Below, piece by piece: positions 21,901 through 34,715 of a stretch of DNA of 35,614 nt (positions within the stretch are counted from its first letter, which is position 1; the number at the start of each line of letters is the position of its first letter). Under the pieces are notes generated by a model. The model searched no databases. It had not been told where the DNA came from and saw only the letters and a program-made list of their open reading frames with translations. Source of the stretch: Naegleria gruberi. Taxonomy: Eukaryota. The position numbers and the translations under genes were made by a program. The stretch lies in NCBI GenBank assembly GCA_000004985.1, contig GG738947.1; one strand, 5' to 3'.

Positions 21901-24900
21901 NNNNNNNNNNNNNNNNNNNNNNNNNNNNNNNNNNNNNNNNNNNNNNNNNNNNNNNNNNNNNNNNNNNNNNNNNNNNNNNNNNNNNNNNNNNNNNNNNNNN
22001 NNNNNNNNNNNNNNNNNNNNNNNNNNNNNNNNNNNNNNNNNNNNNNNNNNNNNNNNNNNNNNNNNNNNNNNNNNNNNNNNNNNNNNNNNNNNNNNNNNNN
22101 NNNNNNNNNNNNNNNNNNNNNNNNNNNNNNNNNNNNNNNNNNNNNNNNNNNNNNNNNNNNNNNNNNNNNNNNNNNNNNNNNNNNNNNNNNNNNNNNNNNN
22201 NNNNNNNNNNNNNNNNNNNNNNNNNNNNNNNNNNNNNNNNNNNNNNNNNNNNNNNNNNNNNNNNNNNNNNNNNNNNNNNNNNNNNNNNNNNNNNNNNNNN
22301 NNNNNNNNNNNNNNNNNNNNNNNNNNNNNNNNNNNNNNNNNNNNNNNNNNNNNNNNNNNNNNNNNNNNNNNNNNNNNNNNNNNNNNNNNNNNNNNNNNNN
22401 NNNNNNNNNNNNNNNNNNNNNNNNNNNNNNNNNNNNNNNNNNNNNNNNNNNNNNNNNNNNNNNNNNNNNNNNNNNNNNNNNNNNNNNNNNNNNNNNNNNN
22501 NNNNNNNNNNNNNNNNNNNNNNNNNNNNNNNNNNNNNNNNNNNNNNNNNNNNNNNNNNNNNNNNNNNNNNNNNNNNNNNNNNNNNNNNNNNNNNNNNNNN
22601 NNNNNNNNNNNNNNNNNNNNNNNNNNNNNNNNNNNNNNNNNNNNNNNNNNNNNNNNNNNNNNNNNNNNNNNNNNNNNNNNNNNNNNNNNNNNNNNNNNNN
22701 NNNNNNNNNNNNNNNNNNNNNNNNNNNNNNNNNNNNNNNNNNNNNNNNNNNNNNNNNNNNNNNNNNNNNNNNNNNNNNNNNNNNNNNNNNNNNNNNNNNN
22801 NNNNNNNNNNNNNNNNNNNNNNNNNNNNNNNNNNNNNNNNNNNNNNNNNNNNNNNNNNNNNNNNNNNNNNNNNNNNNNNNNNNNNNNNNNNNNNNNNNNN
22901 NNNNNNNNNNNNNNNNNNNNNNNNNNNNNNNNNNNNNNNNNNNNNNNNNNNNNNNNNNNNNNNNNNNNNNNNNNNNNNNNNNNNNNNNNNNNNNNNNNNN
23001 NNNNNNNNNNNNNNNNNNNNNNNNNNNNNNNNNNNNNNNNNNNNNNNNNNNNNNNNNNNNNNNNNNNNNNNNNNNNNNNNNNNNNNNNNNNNNNNNNNNN
23101 NNNNNNNNNNNNNNNNNNNNNNNNNNNNNNNNNNNNNNNNNNNNNNNNNNNNNNNNNNNNNNNNNNNNNNNNNNNNNNNNNNNNNNNNNNNNNNNNNNNN
23201 NNNNNNNNNNNNNNNNNNNNNNNNNNNNNNNNNNNNNNNNNNNNNNNNNNNNNNNNNNNNNNNNNNNNNNNNNNNNNNNNNNNNNNNNNNNNNNNNNNNN
23301 NNNNNNNNNNNNNNNNNNNNNNNNNNNNNNNNNNNNNNNNNNNNNNNNNNNNNNNNNNNNNNNNNNNNNNNNNNNNNNNNNNNNNNNNNNNNNNNNNNNN
23401 NNNNNNNNNNNNNNNNNNNNNNNNNNNNNNNNNNNNNNNNNNNNNNNNNNNNNNNNNNNNNNNNNNNNNNNNNNNNNNNNNNNNNNNNNNNNNNNNNNNN
23501 NNNNNNNNNNNNNNNNNNNNNNNNNNNNNNNNNNNNNNNNNNNNNNNNNNNNNNNNNNNNNNNNNNNNNNNNNNNNNNNNNNNNNNNNNNNNNNNNNNNN
23601 NNNNNNNNNNNNNNNNNNNNNNNNNNNNNNNNNNNNNNNNNNNNNNNNNNNNNNNNNNNNNNNNNNNNNNNNNNNNNNNNNNNNNNNNNNNNNNNNNNNN
23701 NNNNNNNNNNNNNNNNNNNNNNNNNNNNNNNNNNNNNNNNNNNNNNNNNNNNNNNNNNNNNNNNNNNNNNNNNNNNNNNNNNNNNNNNNNNNNNNNNNNN
23801 NNNNNNNNNNNNNNNNNNNNNNNNNNNNNNNNNNNNNNNNNNNNNNNNNNNNNNNNNNNNNNNNNNNNNNNNNNNNNNNNNNNNNNNNNNNNNNNNNNNN
23901 NNNNNNNNNNNNNNNNNNNNNNNNNNNNNNNNNNNNNNNNNNNNNNNNNNNNNNNNNNNNNNNNNNNNNNNNNNNNNNNNNNNNNNNNNNNNNNNNNNNN
24001 NNNNNNNNNNNNNNNNNNNNNNNNNNNNNNNNNNNNNNNNNNNNNNNNNNNNNNNNNNNNNNNNNNNNNNNNNNNNNNNNNNNNNNNNNNNNNNNNNNNN
24101 NNNNNNNNNNNNNNNNNNNNNNNNNNNNNNNNNNNNNNNNNNNNNNNNNNNNNNNNNNNNNNNNNNNNNNNNNNNNNNNNNNNNNNNNNNNNNNNNNNNN
24201 NNNNNNNNNNNNNNNNNNNNNNNNNNNNNNNNNNNNNNNNNNNNNNNNNNNNNNNNNNNNNNNNNNNNNNNNNNNNNNNNNNNNNNNNNNNNNNNNNNNN
24301 NNNNNNNNNNNNNNNNNNNNNNNNNNNNNNNNNNNNNNNNNNNNNNNNNNNNNNNNNNNNNNNNNNNNNNNNNNNNNNNNNNNNNNNNNNNNNNNNNNNN
24401 NNNNNNNNNNNNNNNNNNNNNNNNNNNNNNNNNNNNNNNNNNNNNNNNNNNNNNNNNNNNNNNNNNNNNNNNNNNNNNNNNNNNNNNNNNNNNNNNNNNN
24501 NNNNNNNNNNNNNNNNNNNNNNNNNNNNNNNNNNNNNNNNNNNNNNNNNNNNNNNNNNNNNNNNNNNNNNNNNNNNNNNNNNNNNNNNNNNNNNNNNNNN
24601 NNNNNNNNNNNNNNNNNNNNNNNNNNNNNNNNNNNNNNNNNNNNNNNNNNNNNNNNNNNNNNNNNNNNNNNNNNNNNNNNNNNNNNNNNNNNNNNNNNNN
24701 NNNNNNNNNNNNNNNNNNNNNNNNNNNNNNNNNNNNNNNNNNNNNNNNNNNNNNNNNNNNNNNNNNNNNNNNNNNNNNNNNNNNNNNNNNNNNNNNNNNN
24801 NNNNNNNNNNNNNNNNNNNNNNNNNNNNNNNNNNNNNNNNNNNNNNNNNNNNNNNNNNNNNNNNNNNNNNNNNNNNNNNNNNNNNNNNNNNNNNNNNNNN

Positions 24901-27900
24901 NNNNNNNNNNNNNNNNNNNNNNNNNNNNNNNNNNNNNNNNNNNNNNNNNNNNNNNNNNNNNNNNNNNNNNNNNNNNNNNNNNNNNNNNNNNNNNNNNNNN
25001 NNNNNNNNNNNNNNNNNNNNNNNNNNNNNNNNNNNNNNNNNNNNNNNNNNNNNNNNNNNNNNNNNNNNNNNNNNNNNNNNNNNNNNNNNNNNNNNNNNNN
25101 NNNNNNNNNNNNNNNNNNNNNNNNNNNNNNNNNNNNNNNNNNNNNNNNNNNNNNNNNNNNNNNNNNNNNNNNNNNNNNNNNNNNNNNNNNNNNNNNNNNN
25201 NNNNNNNNNNNNNNNNNNNNNNNNNNNNNNNNNNNNNNNNNNNNNNNNNNNNNNNNNNNNNNNNNNNNNNNNNNNNNNNNNNNNNNNNNNNNNNNNNNNN
25301 NNNNNNNNNNNNNNNNNNNNNNNNNNNNNNNNNNNNNNNNNNNNNNNNNNNNNNNNNNNNNNNNNNNNNNNNNNNNNNNNNNNNNNNNNNNNNNNNNNNN
25401 NNNNNNNNNNNNNNNNNNNNNNNNNNNNNNNNNNNNNNNNNNNNNNNNNNNNNNNNNNNNNNNNNNNNNNNNNNNNNNNNNNNNNNNNNNNNNNNNNNNN
25501 NNNNNNNNNNNNNNNNNNNNNNNNNNNNNNNNNNNNNNNNNNNNNNNNNNNNNNNNNNNNNNNNNNNNNNNNNNNNNNNNNNNNNNNNNNNNNNNNNNNN
25601 NNNNNNNNNNNNNNNNNNNNNNNNNNNNNNNNNNNNNNNNNNNNNNNNNNNNNNNNNNNNNNNNNNNNNNNNNNNNNNNNNNNNNNNNNNNNNNNNNNNN
25701 NNNNNNNNNNNNNNNNNNNNNNNNNNNNNNNNNNNNNNNNNNNNNNNNNNNNNNNNNNNNNNNNNNNNNNNNNNNNNNNNNNNNNNNNNNNNNNNNNNNN
25801 NNNNNNNNNNNNNNNNNNNNNNNNNNNNNNNNNNNNNNNNNNNNNNNNNNNNNNNNNNNNNNNNNNNNNNNNNNNNNNNNNNNNNNNNNNNNNNNNNNNN
25901 NNNNNNNNNNNNNNNNNNNNNNNNNNNNNNNNNNNNNNNNNNNNNNNNNNNNNNNNNNNNNNNNNNNNNNNNNNNNNNNNNNNNNNNNNNNNNNNNNNNN
26001 NNNNNNNNNNNNNNNNNNNNNNNNNNNNNNNNNNNNNNNNNNNNNNNNNNNNNNNNNNNNNNNNNNNNNNNNNNNNNNNNNNNNNNNNNNNNNNNNNNNN
26101 NNNNNNNNNNNNNNNNNNNNNNNNNNNNNNNNNNNNNNNNNNNNNNNNNNNNNNNNNNNNNNNNNNNNNNNNNNNNNNNNNNNNNNNNNNNNNNNNNNNN
26201 NNNNNNNNNNNNNNNNNNNNNNNNNNNNNNNNNNNNNNNNNNNNNNNNNNNNNNNNNNNNNNNNNNNNNNNNNNNNNNNNNNNNNNNNNNNNNNNNNNNN
26301 NNNNNNNNNNNNNNNNNNNNNNNNNNNNNNNNNNNNNNNNNNNNNNNNNNNNNNNNNNNNNNNNNNNNNNNNNNNNNNNNNNNNNNNNNNNNNNNNNNNN
26401 NNNNNNNNNNNNNNNNNNNNNNNNNNNNNNNNNNNNNNNNNNNNNNNNNNNNNNNNNNNNNNNNNNNNNNNNNNNNNNNNNNNNNNNNNNNNNNNNNNNN
26501 NNNNNNNNNNNNNNNNNNNNNNNNNNNNNNNNNNNNNNNNNNNNNNNNNNNNNNNNNNNNNNNNNNNNNNNNNNNNNNNNNNNNNNNNNNNNNNNNNNNN
26601 NNNNNNNNNNNNNNNNNNNNNNNNNNNNNNNNNNNNNNNNNNNNNNNNNNNNNNNNNNNNNNNNNNNNNNNNNNNNNNNNNNNNNNNNNNNNNNNNNNNN
26701 NNNNNNNNNNNNNNNNNNNNNNNNNNNNNNNNNNNNNNNNNNNNNNNNNNNNNNNNNNNNNNNNNNNNNNNNNNNNNNNNNNNNNNNNNNNNNNNNNNNN
26801 NNNNNNNNNNNNNNNNNNNNNNNNNNNNNNNNNNNNNNNNNNNNNNNNNNNNNNNNNNNNNNNNNNNNNNNNNNNNNNNNNNNNNNNNNNNNNNNNNNNN
26901 NNNNNNNNNNNNNNNNNNNNNNNNNNNNNNNNNNNNNNNNNNNNNNNNNNNNNNNNNNNNNNNNNNNNNNNNNNNNNNNNNNNNNNNNNNNNNNNNNNNN
27001 NNNNNNNNNNNNNNNNNNNNNNNNNNNNNNNNNNNNNNNNNNNNNNNNNNNNNNNNNNNNNNNNNNNNNNNNNNNNNNNNNNNNNNNNNNNNNNNNNNNN
27101 NNNNNNNNNNNNNNNNNNNNNNNNNNNNNNNNNNNNNNNNNNNNNNNNNNNNNNNNNNNNNNNNNNNNNNNNNNNNNNNNNNNNNNNNNNNNNNNNNNNN
27201 NNNNNNNNNNNNNNNNNNNNNNNNNNNNNNNNNNNNNNNNNNNNNNNNNNNNNNNNNNNNNNNNNNNNNNNNNNNNNNNNNNNNNNNNNNNNNNNNNNNN
27301 NNNNNNNNNNNNNNNNNNNNNNNNNNNNNNNNNNNNNNNNNNNNNNNNNNNNNNNNNNNNNNNNNNNNNNNNNNNNNNNNNNNNNNNNNNNNNNNNNNNN
27401 NNNNNNNNNNNNNNNNNNNNNNNNNNNNNNNNNNNNNNNNNNNNNNNNNNNNNNNNNNNNNNNNNNNNNNNNNNNNNNNNNNNNNNNNNNNNNNNNNNNN
27501 NNNNNNNNNNNNNNNNNNNNNNNNNNNNNNNNNNNNNNNNNNNNNNNNNNNNNNNNNNNNNNNNNNNNNNNNNNNNNNNNNNNNNNNNNNNNNNNNNNNN
27601 NNNNNNNNNNNNNNNNNNNNNNNNNNNNNNNNNNNNNNNNNNNNNNNNNNNNNNNNNNNNNNNNNNNNNNNNNNNNNNNNNNNNNNNNNNNNNNNNNNNN
27701 NNNNNNNNNNNNNNNNNNNNNNNNNNNNNNNNNNNNNNNNNNNNNNNNNNNNNNNNNNNNNNNNNNNNNNNNNNNNNNNNNNNNNNNNNNNNNNNNNNNN
27801 NNNNNNNNNNNNNNNNNNNNNNNNNNNNNNNNNNNNNNNNNNNNNNNNNNNNNNNNNNNNNNNNNNNNNNNNNNNNNNNNNNNNNNNNNNNNNNNNNNNN

Positions 27901-30900
27901 NNNNNNNNNNNNNNNNNNNNNNNNNNNNNNNNNNNNNNNNNNNNNNNNNNNNNNNNNNNNNNNNNNNNNNNNNNNNNNNNNNNNNNNNNNNNNNNNNNNN
28001 NNNNNNNNNNNNNNNNNNNNNNNNNNNNNNNNNNNNNNNNNNNNNNNNNNNNNNNNNNNNNNNNNNNNNNNNNNNNNNNNNNNNNNNNNNNNNNNNNNNN
28101 NNNNNNNNNNNNNNNNNNNNNNNNNNNNNNNNNNNNNNNNNNNNNNNNNNNNNNNNNNNNNNNNNNNNNNNNNNNNNNNNNNNNNNNNNNNNNNNNNNNN
28201 NNNNNNNNNNNNNNNNNNNNNNNNNNNNNNNNNNNNNNNNNNNNNNNNNNNNNNNNNNNNNNNNNNNNNNNNNNNNNNNNNNNNNNNNNNNNNNNNNNNN
28301 NNNNNNNNNNNNNNNNNNNNNNNNNNNNNNNNNNNNNNNNNNNNNNNNNNNNNNNNNNNNNNNNNNNNNNNNNNNNNNNNNNNNNNNNNNNNNNNNNNNN
28401 NNNNNNNNNNNNNNNNNNNNNNNNNNNNNNNNNNNNNNNNNNNNNNNNNNNNNNNNNNNNNNNNNNNNNNNNNNNNNNNNNNNNNNNNNNNNNNNNNNNN
28501 NNNNNNNNNNNNNNNNNNNNNNNNNNNNNNNNNNNNNNNNNNNNNNNNNNNNNNNNNNNNNNNNNNNNNNNNNNNNNNNNNNNNNNNNNNNNNNNNNNNN
28601 NNNNNNNNNNNNNNNNNNNNNNNNNNNNNNNNNNNNNNNNNNNNNNNNNNNNNNNNNNNNNNNNNNNNNNNNNNNNNNNNNNNNNNNNNNNNNNNNNNNN
28701 NNNNNNNNNNNNNNNNNNNNNNNNNNNNNNNNNNNNNNNNNNNNNNNNNNNNNNNNNNNNNNNNNNNNNNNNNNNNNNNNNNNNNNNNNNNNNNNNNNNN
28801 NNNNNNNNNNNNNNNNNNNNNNNNNNNNNNNNNNNNNNNNNNNNNNNNNNNNNNNNNNNNNNNNNNNNNNNNNNNNNNNNNNNNNNNNNNNNNNNNNNNN
28901 NNNNNNNNNNNNNNNNNNNNNNNNNNNNNNNNNNNNNNNNNNNNNNNNNNNNNNNNNNNNNNNNNNNNNNNNNNNNNNNNNNNNNNNNNNNNNNNNNNNN
29001 NNNNNNNNNNNNNNNNNNNNNNNNNNNNNNNNNNNNNNNNNNNNNNNNNNNNNNNNNNNNNNNNNNNNNNNNNNNNNNNNNNNNNNNNNNNNNNNNNNNN
29101 NNNNNNNNNNNNNNNNNNNNNNNNNNNNNNNNNNNNNNNNNNNNNNNNNNNNNNNNNNNNNNNNNNNNNNNNNNNNNNNNNNNNNNNNNNNNNNNNNNNN
29201 NNNNNNNNNNNNNNNNNNNNNNNNNNNNNNNNNNNNNNNNNNNNNNNNNNNNNNNNNNNNNNNNNNNNNNNNNNNNNNNNNNNNNNNNNNNNNNNNNNNN
29301 NNNNNNNNNNNNNNNNNNNNNNNNNNNNNNNNNNNNNNNNNNNNNNNNNNNNNNNNNNNNNNNNNNNNNNNNNNNNNNNNNNNNNNNNNNNNNNNNNNNN
29401 NNNNNNNNNNNNNNNNNNNNNNNNNNNNNNNNNNNNNNNNNNNNNNNNNNNNNNNNNNNNNNNNNNNNNNNNNNNNNNNNNNNNNNNNNNNNNNNNNNNN
29501 NNNNNNNNNNNNNNNNNNNNNNNNNNNNNNNNNNNNNNNNNNNNNNNNNNNNNNNNNNNNNNNNNNNNNNNNNNNNNNNNNNNNNNNNNNNNNNNNNNNN
29601 NNNNNNNNNNNNNNNNNNNNNNNNNNNNNNNNNNNNNNNNNNNNNNNNNNNNNNNNNNNNNNNNNNNNNNNNNNNNNNNNNNNNNNNNNNNNNNNNNNNN
29701 NNNNNNNNNNNNNNNNNNNNNNNNNNNNNNNNNNNNNNNNNNNNNNNNNNNNNNNNNNNNNNNNNNNNNNNNNNNNNNNNNNNNNNNNNNNNNNNNNNNN
29801 NNNNNNNNNNNNNNNNNNNNNNNNNNNNNNNNNNNNNNNNNNNNNNNNNNNNNNNNNNNNNNNNNNNNNNNNNNNNNNNNNNNNNNNNNNNNNNNNNNNN
29901 NNNNNNNNNNNNNNNNNNNNNNNNNNNNNNNNNNNNNNNNNNNNNNNNNNNNNNNNNNNNNNNNNNNNNNNNNNNNNNNNNNNNNNNNNNNNNNNNNNNN
30001 NNNNNNNNNNNNNNNNNNNNNNNNNNNNNNNNNNNNNNNNNNNNNNNNNNNNNNNNNNNNNNNNNNNNNNNNNNNNNNNNNNNNNNNNNNNNNNNNNNNN
30101 NNNNNNNNNNNNNNNNNNNNNNNNNNNNNNNNNNNNNNNNNNNNNNNNNNNNNNNNNNNNNNNNNNNNNNNNNNNNNNNNNNNNNNNNNNNNNNNNNNNN
30201 NNNNNNNNNNNNNNNNNNNNNNNNNNNNNNNNNNNNNNNNNNNNNNNNNNNNNNNNNNNNNNNNNNNNNNNNNNNNNNNNNNNNNNNNNNNNNNNNNNNN
30301 NNNNNNNNNNNNNNNNNNNNNNNNNNNNNNNNNNNNNNNNNNNNNNNNNNNNNNNNNNNNNNNNNNNNNNNNNNNNNNNNNNNNNNNNNNNNNNNNNNNN
30401 NNNNNNNNNNNNNNNNNNNNNNNNNNNNNNNNNNNNNNNNNNNNNNNNNNNNNNNNNNNNNNNNNNNNNNNNNNNNNNNNNNNNNNNNNNNNNNNNNNNN
30501 NNNNNNNNNNNNNNNNNNNNNNNNNNNNNNNNNNNNNNNNNNNNNNNNNNNNNNNNNNNNNNNNNNNNNNNNNNNNNNNNNNNNNNNNNNNNNNNNNNNN
30601 NNNNNNNNNNNNNNNNNNNNNNNNNNNNNNNNNNNNNNNNNNNNNNNNNNNNNNNNNNNNNNNNNNNNNNNNNNNNNNNNNNNNNNNNNNNNNNNNNNNN
30701 NNNNNNNNNNNNNNNNNNNNNNNNNNNNNNNNNNNNNNNNNNNNNNNNNNNNNNNNNNNNNNNNNNNNNNNNNNNNNNNNNNNNNNNNNNNNNNNNNNNN
30801 NNNNNNNNNNNNNNNNNNNNNNNNNNNNNNNNNNNNNNNNNNNNNNNNNNNNNNNNNNNNNNNNNNNNNNNNNNNNNNNNNNNNNNNNNNNNNNNNNNNN

Positions 30901-33900
30901 NNNNNNNNNNNNNNNNNNNNNNNNNNNNNNNNNNNNNNNNNNNNNNNNNNNNNNNNNNNNNNNNNNNNNNNNNNNNNNNNNNNNNNNNNNNNNNNNNNNN
31001 NNNNNNNNNNNNNNNNNNNNNNNNNNNNNNNNNNNNNNNNNNNNNNNNNNNNNNNNNNNNNNNNNNNNNNNNNNNNNNNNNNNNNNNNNNNNNNNNNNNN
31101 NNNNNNNNNNNNNNNNNNNNNNNNNNNNNNNNNNNNNNNNNNNNNNNNNNNNNNNNNNNNNNNNNNNNNNNNNNNNNNNNNNNNNNNNNNNNNNNNNNNN
31201 NNNNNNNNNNNNNNNNNNNNNNNNNNNNNNNNNNNNNNNNNNNNNNNNNNNNNNNNNNNNNNNNNNNNNNNNNNNNNNNNNNNNNNNNNNNNNNNNNNNN
31301 NNNNNNNNNNNNNNNNNNNNNNNNNNNNNNNNNNNNNNNNNNNNNNNNNNNNNNNNNNNNNNNNNNNNNNNNNNNNNNNNNNNNNNNNNNNNNNNNNNNN
31401 NNNNNNNNNNNNNNNNNNNNNNNNNNNNNNNNNNNNNNNNNNNNNNNNNNNNNNNNNNNNNNNNNNNNNNNNNNNNNNNNNNNNNNNNNNNNNNNNNNNN
31501 NNNNNNNNNNNNNNNNNNNNNNNNNNNNNNNNNNNNNNNNNNNNNNNNNNNNNNNNNNNNNNNNNNNNNNNNNNNNNNNNNNNNNNNNNNNNNNNNNNNN
31601 NNNNNNNNNNNNNNNNNNNNNNNNNNNNNNNNNNNNNNNNNNNNNNNNNNNNNNNNNNNNNNNNNNNNNNNNNNNNNNNNNNNNNNNNNNNNNNNNNNNN
31701 NNNNNNNNNNNNNNNNNNNNNNNNNNNNNNNNNNNNNNNNNNNNNNNNNNNNNNNNNNNNNNNNNNNNNNNNNNNNNNNNNNNNNNNNNNNNNNNNNNNN
31801 NNNNNNNNNNNNNNNNNNNNNNNNNNNNNNNNNNNNNNNNNNNNNNNNNNNNNNNNNNNNNNNNNNNNNNNNNNNNNNNNNNNNNNNNNNNNNNNNNNNN
31901 NNNNNNNNNNNNNNNNNNNNNNNNNNNNNNNNNNNNNNNNNNNNNNNNNNNNNNNNNNNNNNNNNNNNNNNNNNNNNNNNNNNNNNNNNNNNNNNNNNNN
32001 NNNNNNNNNNNNNNNNNNNNNNNNNNNNNNNNNNNNNNNNNNNNNNNNNNNNNNNNNNNNNNNNNNNNNNNNNNNNNNNNNNNNNNNNNNNNNNNNNNNN
32101 NNNNNNNNNNNNNNNNNNNNNNNNNNNNNNNNNNNNNNNNNNNNNNNNNNNNNNNNNNNNNNNNNNNNNNNNNNNNNNNNNNNNNNNNNNNNNNNNNNNN
32201 NNNNNNNNNNNNNNNNNNNNNNNNNNNNNNNNNNNNNNNNNNNNNNNNNNNNNNNNNNNNNNNNNNNNNNNNNNNNNNNNNNNNNNNNNNNNNNNNNNNN
32301 NNNNNNNNNNNNNNNNNNNNNNNNNNNNNNNNNNNNNNNNNNNNNNNNNNNNNNNNNNNNNNNNNNNNNNNNNNNNNNNNNNNNNNNNNNNNNNNNNNNN
32401 NNNNNNNNNNNNNNNNNNNNNNNNNNNNNNNNNNNNNNNNNNNNNNNNNNNNNNNNNNNNNNNNNNNNNNNNNNNNNNNNNNNNNNNNNNNNNNNNNNNN
32501 NNNNNNNNNNNNNNNNNNNNNNNNNNNNNNNNNNNNNNNNNNNNNNNNNNNNNNNNNNNNNNNNNNNNNNNNNNNNNNNNNNNNNNNNNNNNNNNNNNNN
32601 NNNNNNNNNNNNNNNNNNNNNNNNNNNNNNNNNNNNNNNNNNNNNNNNNNNNNNNNNNNNNNNNNNNNNNNNNNNNNNNNNNNNNNNNNNNNNNNNNNNN
32701 NNNNNNNNNNNNNNNNNNNNNNNNNNNNNNNNNNNNNNNNNNNNNNNNNNNNNNNNNNNNNNNNNNNNNNNNNNNNNNNNNNNNNNNNNNNNNNNNNNNN
32801 NNNNNNNNNNNNNNNNNNNNNNNNNNNNNNNNNNNNNNNNNNNNNNNNNNNNNNNNNNNNNNNNNNNNNNNNNNNNNNNNNNNNNNNNNNNNNNNNNNNN
32901 NNNNNNNNNNNNNNNNNNNNNNNNNNNNNNNNNNNNNNNNNNNNNNNNNNNNNNNNNNNNNNNNNNNNNNNNNNNNNNNNNNNNNNNNNNNNNNNNNNNN
33001 NNNNNNNNNNNNNNNNNNNNNNNNNNNNNNNNNNNNNNNNNNNNNNNNNNNNNNNNNNNNNNNNNNNNNNNNNNNNNNNNNNNNNNNNNNNNNNNNNNNN
33101 NNNNNNNNNNNNNNNNNNNNNNNNNNNNNNNNNNNNNNNNNNNNNNNNNNNNNNNNNNNNNNNNNNNNNNNNNNNNNNNNNNNNNNNNNNNNNNNNNNNN
33201 NNNNNNNNNNNNNNNNNNNNNNNNNNNNNNNNNNNNNNNNNNNNNNNNNNNNNNNNNNNNNNNNNNNNNNNNNNNNNNNNNNNNNNNNNNNNNNNNNNNN
33301 NNNNNNNNNNNNNNNNNNNNNNNNNNNNNNNNNNNNNNNNNNNNNNNNNNNNNNNNNNNNNNNNNNNNNNNNNNNNNNNNNNNNNNNNNNNNNNNNNNNN
33401 NNNNNNNNNNNNNNNNNNNNNNNNNNNNNNNNNNNNNNNNNNNNNNNNNNNNNNNNNNNNNNNNNNNNNNNNNNNNNNNNNNNNNNNNNNNNNNNNNNNN
33501 NNNNNNNNNNNNNNNNNNNNNNNNNNNNNNNNNNNNNNNNNNNNNNNNNNNNNNNNNNNNNNNNNNNNNNNNNNNNNNNNNNNNNNNNNNNNNNNNNNNN
33601 NNNNNNNNNNNNNNNNNNNNNNNNNNNNNNNNNNNNNNNNNNNNNNNNNNNNNNNNNNNNNNNNNNNNNNNNNNNNNNNNNNNNNNNNNNNNNNNNNNNN
33701 NNNNNNNNNNNNNNNNNNNNNNNNNNNNNNNNNNNNNNNNNNNNNNNNNNNNNNNNNNNNNNNNNNNNNNNNNNNNNNNNNNNNNNNNNNNNNNNNNNNN
33801 NNNNNNNNNNNNNNNNNNNNNNNNNNNNNNNNNNNNNNNNNNNNNNNNNNNNNNNNNNNNNNNNNNNNNNNNNNNNNNNNNNNNNNNNNNNNNNNNNNNN

Positions 33901-34487
33901 NNNNNNNNNNNNNNNNNNNNNNNNNNNNNNNNNNNNNNNNNNNNNNNNNNNNNNNNNNNNNNNNNNNNNNNNNNNNNNNNNNNNNNNNNNNNNNNNNNNN
34001 NNNNNNNNNNNNNNNNNNNNNNNNNNNNNNNNNNNNNNNNNNNNNNNNNNNNNNNNNNNNNNNNNNNNNNNNNNNNNNNNNNNNNNNNNNNNNNNNNNNN
34101 NNNNNNNNNNNNNNNNNNNNNNNNNNNNNNNNNNNNNNNNNNNNNNNNNNNNNNNNNNNNNNNNNNNNNNNNNNNNNNNNNNNNNNNNNNNNNNNNNNNN
34201 NNNNNNNNNNNNNNNNNNNNNNNNNNNNNNNNNNNNNNNNNNNNNNNNNNNNNNNNNNNNNNNNNNNNNNNNNNNNNNNNNNNNNNNNNNNNNNNNNNNN
34301 NNNNNNNNNNNNNNNNNNNNNNNNNNNNNNNNNNNNNNNNNNNNNNNNNNNNNNNNNNNNNNNNNNNNNNNNNNNNNNNNNNNNNNNNNNNNNNNNNNNN
34401 NNNNNNNNNNNNNNNNNNNNNNNNNNNNNNNNNNNNNNNNNNNNNNNNNNNNNNNNNNNNNNNNNNNNNNNNNNNNNNNNNNNNNNN
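995..34487. other. Uninterrupted run of 33,493 N (undetermined bases): an assembly or scaffold gap of estimated size, or a hard-masked region
   Basis: Read directly from the sequence. The last real base is a at 994 (…tacgtgta). The first real base after the run is g at 34488 (gga aagag…). Every position between is n. The length is not a round placeholder such as 100 or 1000, which suggests a size-estimated gap or the masking of a real sequence block. Confidence 0.99.
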
Positions 34488-34715
34488 GGAAAGAGAATTT
34501 GTACGAAAGTGCGAGCGAGGGTCTTTTGGAAAATGTACTCGTACTTTGTCAATAAGTTAGATGTCATCCATTTGTTCAATTGTTAGTTGGTTATACTGTT
34601 TATACTTGCAAGTAATCAATCCTTCTGTTGTAAACCAATTTAAACAAGTCGATTTCATTTTACAAACAATCTAAATTAGCAACTGATTGAGAGAGTAAGG
34701 AAAGAAGTTTAAGTC

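Noticed and set aside
34501-34544. Potential hairpin gtacga…(32 nt)…tcgtac at the start of the right flank, in a locally GC-richer patch (gtgcgagcgagggtc)
   Set aside because: The stem is only 6 bp with a long unstructured loop, which is thermodynamically weak and expected by chance. It sits directly at the gap edge, where sequence quality is often lowest.
903-34586. Three giant ORFs (903..34586 +, 976..34560 +, 986..34579 -) of about 11,200 aa
   Set aside because: Their translations are almost entirely X because they span the 33,493-bp N run. Only about 30 residues at each end come from real bases, and the + one starts at a GTG. They are artefacts of ORF-calling through unknown sequence, not giant genes.
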